Shown: positions 50,175 to 61,631 of the stretch, one piece after another | Layout of the letters: every line of letters begins with the position of its first letter | Position numbering within the stretch: position 1 is the stretch's first letter | Assembly (NCBI GenBank): GCA_963664115.2 | Contig: CAXWPJ010000002.1 | Span: 1,037,191 to 1,101,190, forward strand | DNA length: 64,000 nt | Direction: 5' to 3' | Origin: Terriglobia bacterium | Lineage (GTDB): Bacteria > Acidobacteriota > Terriglobia > 20CM-2-55-15 | Translations under genes and position numbers: made by a program | The notes under the pieces: generated by a model | Database searches by the model: none | Told to the model about the DNA's origin: nothing | Seen by the model: the letters and a program-made list of their open reading frames with translations, nothing else

Positions 50175-50238
50175 TTTACCCTCGAATAGAGATTAAAGAG
50201 GTCCAGAAAGATTTTTGCAGAGCTGAGGAGGAAGTCAG

Positions 50239-52158
50239 ATGAGCAAGATTGTTGGGATTGACCTGGGGACGACGAACTCGGTGGTTGCCGTCATGGAGGG
50301 TGGAGAGCCCGTCGTTATTTCCAATCAGGAAGGCGGCCGGACGACGCCGTCGGTTGTGGCCTTCAGCAAGGACGGTGAACGTTTGGTCGGTCAGGTAGCC
50401 AAACGACAGGCCGTAACCAACCCCGATAACACCATCTATTCGATCAAGCGTTTCATGGGGCGTCGCCGGGACGAGGTCAATGAAGAAATGAAGATGGTTC
50501 CCTATGACGTTGTCGATGCAAAAAACGATGTGCGCATCAAAGCCAACGGCAAGCAATATTCACCGCCTGAGATTTCGGCGATGATTCTTCAGAAGCTGAA
50601 GACGGCTGCAGAGGATTACCTGGGGCAAGAGGTCGAGCAAGCGGTCATTACGGTTCCCGCCTACTTCAATGATTCGCAGCGGCAGGCCACGAAAGACGCC
50701 GGAAAGGTCGCGGGCCTCGAAGTGCTTAGGATCATCAACGAACCTACTGCGGCCGCTTTAGCTTACGGACTCGACAAGAAAGGCGATGAAACCATCGCAG
50801 TGTACGACTTTGGTGGCGGTACCTTCGACATCTCTATTCTCGAGGTGGGTGAGGGCGTTGTAGAAGTCAAGTCCACCAACGGCGATACGCATTTGGGTGG
50901 TGACAACGTCGACCAGGTCATCATCGACTGGCTGATTGCCGAGTACAAGAAGGACGAAGGCAGTGATCCGCTCTCCGGAGACAAGATGGCACTTCAGCGT
51001 TTGAAGGAGGCCGCTGAAAAGGCCAAGTGCGAGCTGTCGTCGACTCAGGAAACAGAAATCACTCTACCTTTCATTACGGCCGATGCAACCGGCCCCAAGC
51101 ACCTCAACCAAAAGTTGACGCGCTCAAAGTTGGAATCGTTGATCGAGGACCTGCTTCAGAGGACGGTCGGCCCGTGCAAGCAAGCTTTGAAAGACGCCGG
51201 ACTCAAACCTTCCGACATCAATGAGGTCGTGCTGGTGGGCGGTTCCACACGCATCCCGCGGGTTCAGGCCATTGTCAAGGAGCTGTTCGAACGCGATCCG
51301 CACAAGGGTGTAAACCCGGATGAGGTCGTTGCAGTTGGAGCTGCGATTCAGGCTGGAGTTCTCGGCGGCGAAGTCAAAGACGTGTTGCTGCTGGACGTGA
51401 CGCCGCTGTCCCTGGGTATTGAAACCCTGGGTGGAGTCTTTACCCAGCTGATCGAACGCAATACGACGATCCCGACGCGCAAGAGCGAGGTTTTTTCCAC
51501 AGCAGCCGACAGCCAGACCTCCGTTGAGATCCATGTGCTTCAGGGTGAACGTCCGATGGCGAAGGACAACCGGACTCTGGGCCGATTCCACCTTGTTGGT
51601 ATTCCCGCGGCGCCCCGCGGTATTCCACAGATCGACGTCACTTTTGACATCGACGCCAACGGTATTGTCAACGTTTCGGCCAAAGACACGGGCACCGGGA
51701 AGGAGCAGAAGATAACGATCACCTCTTCCAGTGGTCTCGGCAAGGATGAGATCGACGATATGGTCAAAGATGCTGAAGCCCACGCGGAGGACGACAAGAA
51801 GAAGGCCGAGGAGATCGAGGCCAGAAACCGGGCAGATTCGCTGATCTATCAAACCGAGAAATTGATCTCAGAACAGAAGGACAAGCTGTCTGAAGAAGAC
51901 GTCAAATCCGCCGAGGCAGCAATTGCAGACTGTAAGACGGCGGTTGAGGACGGCGACTCCGACCGTATCAACAGTGCCGTGGAAGCGCTCACGCAGGCCT
52001 CTCACAAGATTGCCGAGGCTATGTATAGCAAGGAGGCGGAAGCCGCGTCCGGAGACGGCGCTGACCCGGGCACCGAAAGTGCCGGGGATCCGGCGCCCGA
52101 TGATGACGTAATTGACGCGGAGTATGTGGACGTCGACGGAGGGGATAGCAAGGAATAA
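50239..52158 (+). CDS. dnaK: Chaperone DnaK
   Basis: [32 protein letters not shown]. Confidence 0.99.
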   Translation: MSKIVGIDLGTTNSVVAVMEGGEPVVISNQEGGRTTPSVVAFSKDGERLVGQVAKRQAVTNPDNTIYSIKRFMGRRRDEVNEEMKMVPYDVVDAKNDVRIKANGKQYSPPEISAMILQKLKTAAEDYLGQEVEQAVITVPAYFNDSQRQATKDAGKVAGLEVLRIINEPTAAALAYGLDKKGDETIAVYDFGGGTFDISILEVGEGVVEVKSTNGDTHLGGDNVDQVIIDWLIAEYKKDEGSDPLSGDKMALQRLKEAAEKAKCELSSTQETEITLPFITADATGPKHLNQKLTRSKLESLIEDLLQRTVGPCKQALKDAGLKPSDINEVVLVGGSTRIPRVQAIVKELFERDPHKGVNPDEVVAVGAAIQAGVLGGEVKDVLLLDVTPLSLGIETLGGVFTQLIERNTTIPTRKSEVFSTAADSQTSVEIHVLQGERPMAKDNRTLGRFHLVGIPAAPRGIPQIDVTFDIDANGIVNVSAKDTGTGKEQKITITSSSGLGKDEIDDMVKDAEAHAEDDKKKAEEIEARNRADSLIYQTEKLISEQKDKLSEEDVKSAEAAIADCKTAVEDGDSDRINSAVEALTQASHKIAEAMYSKEAEAASGDGADPGTESAGDPAPDDDVIDAEYVDVDGGDSKE

Positions 52159-52247
52159 GCAATAGTTATGAGTCAGGAGTGTTTGGTTGGACAGGTGAGG
52201 GCGCTAAGCTTTAACTCTCAGCTTCTGACTTTTAACTGCCTAGAACA

Positions 52248-53351
52248 ATGGAACTCTATGTCATTCTTGGCCTGCTCCGGGGCGCTTCGGTAAACGAAAT
52301 TAAGAGAGCTTACCGAAGGCTGGCCCGAAAGTATCATCCCGATATCAATCCCGGTGATCACGCTGCTGAAGAGCATTTTAAGGGCATTTCTGAAGCGTAT
52401 GACGTTCTGAGTGATCCCGACAAACGCGGTTTCTATGACGCACACGGCTACTACGCCGAGGGCGTTCTGGAAAGCCGAACCCAGGCCCGATGGGGTGTCT
52501 CGTACCGGGAGTTTGACCCATCAGCCAGCGCTGAAAAGTCAGATTTCTCCGACCTGTTTGACGATTTCTTCACACGTGCCCGCCGGGCTCGCCGTCCGGA
52601 TGCGACGAACGACATCGAGTCTCAGGTTTCCTTGACTTTTGGTGAATCGATCCAGGGTGTTGAGACGACGATCAACGTCTACCGGAAGCGTCCCTGTGAC
52701 CCATGTCACGGGTCGGGACGCGCAGCAGGTTCGATGGAGTACGACTGCGGAGACTGCAGGGGAAGCGGCGAGTGGATTCGCGCCAAAGGGCACCTGCGAT
52801 TCTCCATGACCTGTCCGCAGTGCGAAGGCAGCGGTCGAGTCGCTGTCGCGTGTTCTGTCTGTGGTGGCGAAGGCCGGGCTGCACGAAGCGAACGGATACA
52901 GGTCGAAATTCCTCCGGGAGTGAGTACAGGATCTCGGGTGTGTTTCCGAGGACAGGGCAACATCGATAACAGGACTAACGAGTTGGGCAATCTCTATGTT
53001 GTTACGAACGTAGCTCAGGATCCTTTCTTCAGACGTGTGGGTGACAATATCCACTGCACAGTTCCGGTAACTGTCAGTGAGGCTGCTTTGGGAGCCAAGA
53101 TCGAGGTTCCCACCATCGAGGGATCGGCCATGCTGAAGATTCCCCCCCGGACCCAGAGCGCTCAGGTTCTCCGGCTTCGCGGAAAAGGGGCCCCTTCGTT
53201 GAGGGGCGACGGTGTTCGTGGGGACCAGTACGTCGAGGTTAGGGTGATTGTTCCCAGGGTTGTTGACGAACGCTCGAAAGAGATACTGCGCGAATTGGCT
53301 CAACTCGATCAGATTGACCCTCGAAAGGACCTCCAGACTCGTGGGCAGTAA
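52248..53351 (+). CDS. dnaJ: Chaperone DnaJ
   Basis: J domain with HPD, four CxxCxGxG repeats, C-terminal domain. Confidence 0.95.
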   Translation: MELYVILGLLRGASVNEIKRAYRRLARKYHPDINPGDHAAEEHFKGISEAYDVLSDPDKRGFYDAHGYYAEGVLESRTQARWGVSYREFDPSASAEKSDFSDLFDDFFTRARRARRPDATNDIESQVSLTFGESIQGVETTINVYRKRPCDPCHGSGRAAGSMEYDCGDCRGSGEWIRAKGHLRFSMTCPQCEGSGRVAVACSVCGGEGRAARSERIQVEIPPGVSTGSRVCFRGQGNIDNRTNELGNLYVVTNVAQDPFFRRVGDNIHCTVPVTVSEAALGAKIEVPTIEGSAMLKIPPRTQSAQVLRLRGKGAPSLRGDGVRGDQYVEVRVIVPRVVDERSKEILRELAQLDQIDPRKDLQTRGQ

Positions 53352-53742
53352 GAACAAGGCAAAAGCCGCGCACATGATCAGTGCGGTTGCCGAAACCTAC
53401 AGCATCCACCCGCAAACGCTACGCATGTATGAGCGGGAAGGGCTGCTGAAGCCTTCGCGGTCGGACGGCAATACCCGTCTTTACACTGCTGAAGATTTGG
53501 AGCGCCTGGAGTTGATTCTGAGCCTGACCCGGGACCTTGGCGTAAACCTCGCAGGGGTTGAAGTGATTTTGAACATGAGGCAGCGAATGGAGGAGATGCA
53601 GGCCGAAATGTCCGGTTTCATCAAGTTTGTCGAGGAGCAGCTCTCGAATCGATCCCCAGAAATGGAGCAGAAGATCCAGCACGCACTGGTCCGGGTTCGT
53701 CCCGCCCATGTTGTGCCCGTGAAACGCAGGACCAGTCGATGA
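53341..53742 (+). CDS. hspR: MerR-family heat-shock repressor HspR
   Basis: [37 protein letters not shown]...LGVNLAGV; follows dnaJ. Confidence 0.88.
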   Translation: MGSKNKAKAAHMISAVAETYSIHPQTLRMYEREGLLKPSRSDGNTRLYTAEDLERLELILSLTRDLGVNLAGVEVILNMRQRMEEMQAEMSGFIKFVEEQLSNRSPEMEQKIQHALVRVRPAHVVPVKRRTSR

Positions 53743-54593
53743 AGTCAGGCAGTGTTGCAAAATCTGTTCCCGCCGACAGCCTCGGAATGTATCTGCGGGA
53801 GATTTCCGTTTTTCCGCAACTCAGCCCTTTAGAGGAAAAGTCGATTGCCATCGAGGCGCGGGGAGGTAACGAACCCGCGTTCCAGAAATTGATTGAGTCG
53901 AATCTTCGCTTCGTCGTTTCGATGGCAAAAAAATATGCGCGTTCGGGCTACCCCATGCATGAGTTGATCAACGAGGGTAACCTGGGTCTCATCGAAGCCG
54001 CCCGCCGTTTCGATCCCGATCGTGACGTTCGCTTCATTACTTACGCCAGCTGGTGGGTGCGTCAGGCAATCCTTGCCGCGATCGCGCACTTCGGCCGGGT
54101 GTTCAGTATTCCCCCCAAATTTAAGCATGAGCTCTATCGGTTTCAGACCAAAGTTCGCCGTCTGACTCAGGAACTGGGACACGGACCCAGCGTCCGAGAG
54201 ATATCTGAACAGCTCGAAATGCGGGAACCCGATGTCCGCCGCATGATAGAAGCCGTTCCCGCAGAGGTATCCCTGAGCACCCCTCTGGGTGAAGACAGTG
54301 ATTTTCAGATGCAGGATCTGATCGCCGATCCAAACATTGCGCCCCTGGACAAAGCGCTGATGGCGCAATCATTTGAGCGTCAGCTTCGACAGTTGCTGGA
54401 TCAGCTGGATGACAAGGAGCGAATGATTGTCGAGCGGCGTTTCGGCCTCGCCGACGACACGCCGCAGACGCTGGCCGAATTGGGTGAAGCGCTGAACCTT
54501 TCGAGGGAGCGCATTCGCCAGATCCAGGCACGGGCTCTGGAAAAACTCCGCCGGTCCCAAAGGGCGCAGCAGCTGCGCGGCTACCTCAACTAG
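53739..54593 (+). CDS. Alternative sigma70-family factor (RpoD/RpoS-like, no region 1.1)
   Basis: YLREI, NLRFVVSMAKKY, EGNLGLIEAARRFDP, RFITYASWWVRQ, LSRERIRQIQ; 284 aa. Confidence 0.93.
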   Translation: MKSGSVAKSVPADSLGMYLREISVFPQLSPLEEKSIAIEARGGNEPAFQKLIESNLRFVVSMAKKYARSGYPMHELINEGNLGLIEAARRFDPDRDVRFITYASWWVRQAILAAIAHFGRVFSIPPKFKHELYRFQTKVRRLTQELGHGPSVREISEQLEMREPDVRRMIEAVPAEVSLSTPLGEDSDFQMQDLIADPNIAPLDKALMAQSFERQLRQLLDQLDDKERMIVERRFGLADDTPQTLAELGEALNLSRERIRQIQARALEKLRRSQRAQQLRGYLN

Positions 54594-56442
54594 TCCCAAA
54601 ACAAGCGCATAACCAGTCCGCCGAGGCCCAGTTCGCGCCGATAGAATTCGAGGCATAGAATCCCGTTCCCGGATGGCCTGTTCCAGGTATCGAGTTTCTG
54701 TTGAATCTGTTTCAGTTCAGCCTCGCTGGTGTTGGACGGTTGACAGAAACCGGGACCTCGATCGCCCGGGCTCAGAGTCATGATCGGGTCAACATCGCAG
54801 AGGCTGACGCAACACATCCACCCCGCGGAACAAGACCGGCAACCACCGGTTCCAGGCCAGGATCCGGAACAGAATGCGCCGCCCGGTGCGCACGAGTTGG
54901 CACGGCACAAGCATGAAAGCGTTCAAGAAGGTTTTGAACTCCATGCGCAGCACGGTTTGCTTCTCAGCCTGATATTTTTGGCCCCAACGTCCGGTTTCGG
55001 GAAGCAGCAATGCAAACCACGCTTTCAGTGTCCAGGCCAGTGACGCGATCACCATGTAGGCCCAGTTGCTGGTCTGATCTCCGACCGGCATCCGCAACGC
55101 CTGAACGCCGTTCTTCAACTGCTCAATGAGATTCTCCTGATTGCACCGTTGATTGGCACGCATCACAATCTGGTCGGCCGGATCCGAACGGTTGGTAATG
55201 TAGAAGAAGTACCGGATGTCGTCAAACAACACCTGCTCTCCTTTGGCCACCGACAGATTCTTCCGCACCACGACGACACGGTAGTCCCGATCGCAGGCTC
55301 CGGGTCGATACCGAAACTCGGCCACATCCTCACCCTGCAAGCGGATATTGTCGAAACCGCGCTGCCGAACGATCTCTTCCTTCACGTTGTCGGGACGTTG
55401 GCGCGGTTCGGTCGCCACGTCGTATTTCGCGGGCCGTTCCAGGCGCTTCCACTGGCGCGGCTCCAGTTCATCGGCCCGGGCCTTCAGGTTCGCCATCGCG
55501 TCAATCCCGAATATGAAACCCACCTGCTGGTCGTCCCATCCGTCCAGATGCCGGGTCTGGCTGAAGTCCGTGTCCCCGCGCAGCAGGATCTGGCGAAACC
55601 CCGCATGCCGGCACAATGCGATGGCTTGGTCGAACCGGACCGCGGCTCCTTCATGCGACGGCCGGTTGCCGCTACGATTGACCAGATACAGCGGTTCGGC
55701 GGTGTTGGCCAGCGAGATCATCAGCGGGTGATATCCCCACGTCCCGTCGTAGGCCACGTCCATCCCTTGCTTGCATTCCCCCGTGGTTTCGGCCAGTGTC
55801 CCGTCCGCGTCCAACACCGCTTCTTCGAAAAACGCCGCCGGTTGCTGTCGCCAGACTCCGAGCCGGACTTGATTGGTTGCCTCCATCAGACACTCCACGT
55901 CGTCGGCCTCGAATCTCCGGCAGAAGTCTCCCGCCGTCGTCGGATCCGGAATCCGTTGCGCTCCCAGCGCATCCAGATACACCGCATCGTTGCGCCGCAG
56001 TTCGATGTCTTCCAGGCACGTTCCTCCGCTCAAGGCGTTGTAGGCGATGTTCAGCACGTGATCCGACTCGTGATACGGCAGGTGCCGCTTCAACACATGC
56101 ACGCCCTTGTCGATGGCTTCGATCAGCCCGGTCCGCCGCGCCACCAGTTGCATCGTCCCGATACCACCAACCGATGTGCCCCGCGTCCGCTCTCCCATCT
56201 CGTACTGAATGTTGCTCGCCGAAAACATCGGCTCTACCTGATCCGTCCAATGCCGGTCCCCAAGCCGACGTTCGATTCGCCGCTTGCGGTTCCTCATGTT
56301 CTTGCGCGTATAATCGTTCATCTGAAATGCCTCCTTTTCCGAAGAATCTGTTCAAGGTTTTTTTCGCACGGAGAGGGGGCATTTCGGGTACTTCCGCTCT
56401 TATTGCACTATCATTTCCTCGTCAATCACGCTTGTTCAGGGA
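54594..56442 (-). mobile_element. IS1380-family insertion sequence (about 1.85 kb), CTAG on both flanks
   Basis: Ends tcccaaaacaagcg / cgcttgttcaggga are imperfect inverted repeats; CTAG at 54590-54593 and 56443-56446. Confidence 0.9.
54789..56321 (-). CDS. IS1380-family DDE transposase
   Basis: LDADGT, GYHPL, LRGDTDF, RCNQENLIEQLK, NWAYM. Confidence 0.92.
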   Translation of the reverse strand: MNDYTRKNMRNRKRRIERRLGDRHWTDQVEPMFSASNIQYEMGERTRGTSVGGIGTMQLVARRTGLIEAIDKGVHVLKRHLPYHESDHVLNIAYNALSGGTCLEDIELRRNDAVYLDALGAQRIPDPTTAGDFCRRFEADDVECLMEATNQVRLGVWRQQPAAFFEEAVLDADGTLAETTGECKQGMDVAYDGTWGYHPLMISLANTAEPLYLVNRSGNRPSHEGAAVRFDQAIALCRHAGFRQILLRGDTDFSQTRHLDGWDDQQVGFIFGIDAMANLKARADELEPRQWKRLERPAKYDVATEPRQRPDNVKEEIVRQRGFDNIRLQGEDVAEFRYRPGACDRDYRVVVVRKNLSVAKGEQVLFDDIRYFFYITNRSDPADQIVMRANQRCNQENLIEQLKNGVQALRMPVGDQTSNWAYMVIASLAWTLKAWFALLLPETGRWGQKYQAEKQTVLRMEFKTFLNAFMLVPCQLVRTGRRILFRILAWNRWLPVLFRGVDVLRQPLRC

Positions 56443-56565
56443 CTAGGGGTCCGGCGCCGTATCCGTCCAAAGACTTTTCACCGCAAAGGCGCAAAGAAAA
56501 TTGGCGGTGAGCCCCTGTAAACTCTGCGCACCTCGCGTGATTCACAGGAGTGTTAGAATCTGACA

Positions 56566-57354
56566 ATGGCGAATGATGCAAGGTGTCCGCTGTGCCAGAA
56601 CACAGGATGGCAGCAAGTTGAAAACGGTGGTGTGTCCGGGGTTGCCCGGTGTGAATGTACGAAGCGATCTCGCATGGGCCGAATCCTGGAAGAAGCCCGG
56701 ATTCCTCTGAGGTATGCCGATTGCGAATTGAGCAACTTCGAAATTGTTCCTGGCTTGACCACGCGTTCAGTTGAGCAGGCAAAGCTCGCTTCAGAACGGT
56801 TTGTGGAGGAATATGGGGTGTCGGCGCCTCCCCTCATCGGATTGCTGTTCGTGGGCAAGCCGGGCGTGGGTAAGACCCATCTGGTCGTGGGAATTATCAA
56901 GCGGTTGATGCGCGAGAAAGCGGCGGCCTGCCTGTTTCGGACCTTCCCCGAACTGCTCAAGGAAATCCAACTCTCATACAACAAAGTTTCAAACATATCC
57001 GAGTTTTCTTTGATGTCACCGGTACTCGATACAGAAGTTCTTGTCCTGGACGAATTGGGTGGTCAAAAACCCTCTTCATGGGTTCTCGATACGGTCGGTT
57101 TTGTTCTCAACCATCGTTACAACGATAACAAAACCACTATTCTCACGACGAATTTCCCAGACCATGCTGAGAATGAAAATGCGAAGAAAGGTGTCGGCGA
57201 TGCTCTGGTGGATCGAGTCGGAGATCGAATGCGTTCGCGCCTTTATGAAATGTGCAAGACCATTGACATGAAAGGAGACGATTTTCGTCTTCGAATGAAG
57301 CAGAAAGCATATGCTTACGAATCTTCGGATAAAGGTTCTGACCTGTCTTCGTAG
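56566..57354 (+). CDS. DnaC/IstB-like AAA+ ATPase with N-terminal Zn-binding motif
   Basis: CPLC...CEC, IPLRY, GKPGVGKTHL, LVLDELG, NHRYN...TILTTN, RMRSRL, GDDFR. Confidence 0.88.
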   Translation: MANDARCPLCQNTGWQQVENGGVSGVARCECTKRSRMGRILEEARIPLRYADCELSNFEIVPGLTTRSVEQAKLASERFVEEYGVSAPPLIGLLFVGKPGVGKTHLVVGIIKRLMREKAAACLFRTFPELLKEIQLSYNKVSNISEFSLMSPVLDTEVLVLDELGGQKPSSWVLDTVGFVLNHRYNDNKTTILTTNFPDHAENENAKKGVGDALVDRVGDRMRSRLYEMCKTIDMKGDDFRLRMKQKAYAYESSDKGSDLSS

Positions 57355-58978
57355 AGCTACGAATGGGCGATCGGTTCCCCTGGCTTGGGGACTGGCCTTA
57401 TGTGCGAGCGCTCTCGCCATTGTTGTCGGTATTGCTGTTTCCGCCCAGTCTCCACTGCAGGATTACGGTCTCGAATCGATCCGGATAGATGAACTGCGCG
57501 CCAAGTTGTCCCATCTGGCTTCTGATGAATTTCGGGGACGCGGCAACGGCACACCCGAACTGGACGCAGCGGCCGACTACATTGCGGAAGTTTTCGAAGA
57601 GAACGGCCTGACTCCTGCCGGAGGGAATGGCTATTTCCAGGAATTTGAAATCGAGCGTCTGAGTGTGGGCCCCGATAACGCCTTGATTCTCTCCGGAGAC
57701 CCGGATGTTCGACTCAACGTTCGATCGGACTTTCTCCCGTTTCCGGGGTCGGTGGACGGGGCTGTTTCAGCTTCGATGGTCTTTGTGGGCTACGGAATCC
57801 GGGCGCCTGATTTCGACTATGATGATCTGGCGGACATGAATCTGGATGGTCGGATTGCCGTTGCCCTGGACGGTGTGCCTCGCGGGGACGATCCCGATTC
57901 GCCGTTCAATGCCCTGACCGATCGGGACTTCTCGAGTATCCCCGACAAAGCGCGGAACGTCGAACAAGCTGGAGCCGTGGGTCTCGTGATCGTTCAGGGA
58001 CCCGAGCAAAGAAGCTTGACACCCATTCGGTTTTGGGCGGATACGCTTCGGCCGGACCTTCCTCCGCGCAGAAGCCTGATGCGAGTAGCCCCGGGCGCTG
58101 GGGATCCTCAGATTCCGATCGCCGTGGTTGCGCGTGGCGCGGCCCAGCGCCTGGTTCCGGACCTGGGTTCCCGTCAATCAGAAATTAACGAGACCCTCCA
58201 GTCACAATCGGCGCCGCTTTCCCTCACGGCGACCCTACGCGTCGACTTCGACAGGGATGGGTATGTGGCGCGCAACGTAATCGCCCGAATCGAAGGCTCC
58301 AATCCAGAGCTTGAAGACGAGGCCATAGTTGTCGGCGCCCATTACGACCATGTCGGCGAAGACAATGGCCGGATCTGGAACGGCGCGGACGACGATGCCT
58401 CTGGCACGACCGCGTTGTTGGAACTGGCTGAAGCGTTGTCCGGTGGCGACCGTCCGGGACGGAGTGTTCTCCTGTCGGCATGGGCGGGTGAGGAAAAGGG
58501 AATGTTGGGTAGCCGGCATTACGTTCAGGATCCCGTTGTCCCGATCGAGGACACCGTGGCCATGTTCCAGCTCGACATGATCGGCCGGAACGAAGAGCAC
58601 GGACCCAACGAATCGGAAGGATTTCTGAGAGAACGTGCTTCGGACAACGGAAACATGATCAATCTCCTCGGCTCGGTGTTCAGTCCCGATTTGCGGGCTG
58701 TAGTCGAAGGCGCGAATGCCGGTGTCGGATTGGAGTTGCGCTTCCGGTACGACTATGGGGCGCAGAACCTGCTACGCCGGAGCGACCACTGGTCGTTCCT
58801 GTCGGCGAGAATACCTGCACTTTTCATATTCGGCGGGCTTCATCCGGACTATCACACGCCGAACGATACCGCTGACAAGATCAACTACGAGAAACTGGAG
58901 AGGGTTGTGAGGTTGGTTTATCAGGCGGTGCTCGAAATCGGTAACGGTAGGACCAGGCCACGATTCACGATTCCTTAA
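57311..58978 (+). CDS. M28 family aminopeptidase with PA domain
   Basis: LASDEFRGRG, FVGYGI, GAHYDH, NGADDDASG, GEEKG, LDMIGR, RSDH, DYH. Start uncertain. Confidence 0.92.
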   Translation: MLTNLRIKVLTCLRRATNGRSVPLAWGLALCASALAIVVGIAVSAQSPLQDYGLESIRIDELRAKLSHLASDEFRGRGNGTPELDAAADYIAEVFEENGLTPAGGNGYFQEFEIERLSVGPDNALILSGDPDVRLNVRSDFLPFPGSVDGAVSASMVFVGYGIRAPDFDYDDLADMNLDGRIAVALDGVPRGDDPDSPFNALTDRDFSSIPDKARNVEQAGAVGLVIVQGPEQRSLTPIRFWADTLRPDLPPRRSLMRVAPGAGDPQIPIAVVARGAAQRLVPDLGSRQSEINETLQSQSAPLSLTATLRVDFDRDGYVARNVIARIEGSNPELEDEAIVVGAHYDHVGEDNGRIWNGADDDASGTTALLELAEALSGGDRPGRSVLLSAWAGEEKGMLGSRHYVQDPVVPIEDTVAMFQLDMIGRNEEHGPNESEGFLRERASDNGNMINLLGSVFSPDLRAVVEGANAGVGLELRFRYDYGAQNLLRRSDHWSFLSARIPALFIFGGLHPDYHTPNDTADKINYEKLERVVRLVYQAVLEIGNGRTRPRFTIP

Positions 58979-59000
58979 AGACTACGAGGCTTCGATCCAA

Positions 59001-59312
59001 TTGGATATTAGAGATGAGATGCGACAACTCGGTTACAGCAAGGAAGACGAGTATTTCTTCAAGAAGGATCAGGAACTGATAGCGAAGATGCGGGACGCTG
59101 CAAACGCCCGCAAGAAGGAAATGGAAGAAAAACACAAAGGCGAGGCGTACTGGATGACGTGTCCCAAATGCGGCACGGCTCTCGAAGAGGAAGTTCTTGA
59201 AAAAGTTGTTCGTGTCGATAGCTGTCCCAATTGCGGGGGCACTTACTTCGACCGCGGCGAACTCGAACTCTTGATCAAGTCCCGACTGGGGGCACTCGTC
59301 CAGGGTACCTGA
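59001..59312 (+). CDS. Zn-ribbon (zf-TFIIB-like) small protein
   Basis: EDEYFFKKDQELI coil, CPKCG...VDSCPNCGGTYFDRGELE. Confidence 0.8.
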   Translation: MDIRDEMRQLGYSKEDEYFFKKDQELIAKMRDAANARKKEMEEKHKGEAYWMTCPKCGTALEEEVLEKVVRVDSCPNCGGTYFDRGELELLIKSRLGALVQGT

Positions 59313-59443
59313 TCTCCGGGGGAACGAATCTCCGAGCGACCGGATCAAGCCGACGTTCGCCCAGGCTTGCGCAAATTCTGCGGCAATGCCTCCATCCTTT
59401 CCCGCTTCTCCCCTGGGGGCGGCCCACGGTCCCAGAGCTGCCA

Positions 59444-59498
59444 TTGACAGCACGGACAGGCTCACATATTATTAGCACTCACCCTTGTTGAGTGCTAA
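59444..59498 (+). promoter_or_regulatory. groESL promoter plus perfect CIRCE (HrcA operator)
   Basis: TTGACA (59444)-17 nt-TATTAT (59467); TTAGCACTC-N9-GAGTGCTAA at 59472-59498. Confidence 0.95.
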
Positions 59499-59541
59499 CA
59501 CTTCAGACTCAAGCTTCTTAAGAACTTAGGAGAATAGATAG

Positions 59542-59859
59542 ATGAACATGCGACCGTTGCACGACCGCGTGCTGATCAAGCGCATCGAAGAACAGGAGTC
59601 AATCCGCGGAGGGATCATCATTCCGGATTCGGCAAAAGAGAAACCCCAGGAAGGGGAAGTTGTGGCCGTTGGGAACGGCAAGAGACTTGAAGACGGGACA
59701 ATCCTGCCGTTGGAACTTCAGGCTGGAGACCGGGTCCTGTTCGGAAAGTATTCGGGGACAGAAATCAAGTTGGACGATGAGGAGTACCTGATCCTTCGCG
59801 AAGAGGAAGTCCTGGGTATTACTTCTGCGGCCAAGCAGGCAAAAAAGGCTAAGAAGTAG
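59542..59859 (+). CDS. groES: Co-chaperonin GroES
   Basis: [29 protein letters not shown]. Confidence 0.98.
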   Translation: MNMRPLHDRVLIKRIEEQESIRGGIIIPDSAKEKPQEGEVVAVGNGKRLEDGTILPLELQAGDRVLFGKYSGTEIKLDDEEYLILREEEVLGITSAAKQAKKAKK

Positions 59860-61518
<1,659 letters not shown>

Positions 61519-61539
61519 AGTTTCCACCGATTGCAATCG

Positions 61540-61571
61540 AGCCCCCGACCGTCAACGGTCGGGGGCTTTTT
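61540..61571 (+). terminator. Intrinsic terminator after groEL
   Basis: agcccccgaccg-tcaa-cggtcgggggct followed by a T-run. Confidence 0.9.
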
Positions 61572-61631
61572 GTTGGACTGCCAGTGACCCACTGGACCGC
61601 GTGTGGATGTAATGTGGATGTCGCGCCCGGA

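Noticed and set aside
54789-57354. Transposase plus ATPase as an IS21 (istA/istB) or Tn7-like unit
   Set aside because: The transposase is IS1380-type, divergently oriented, and its inverted repeats exclude the ATPase.
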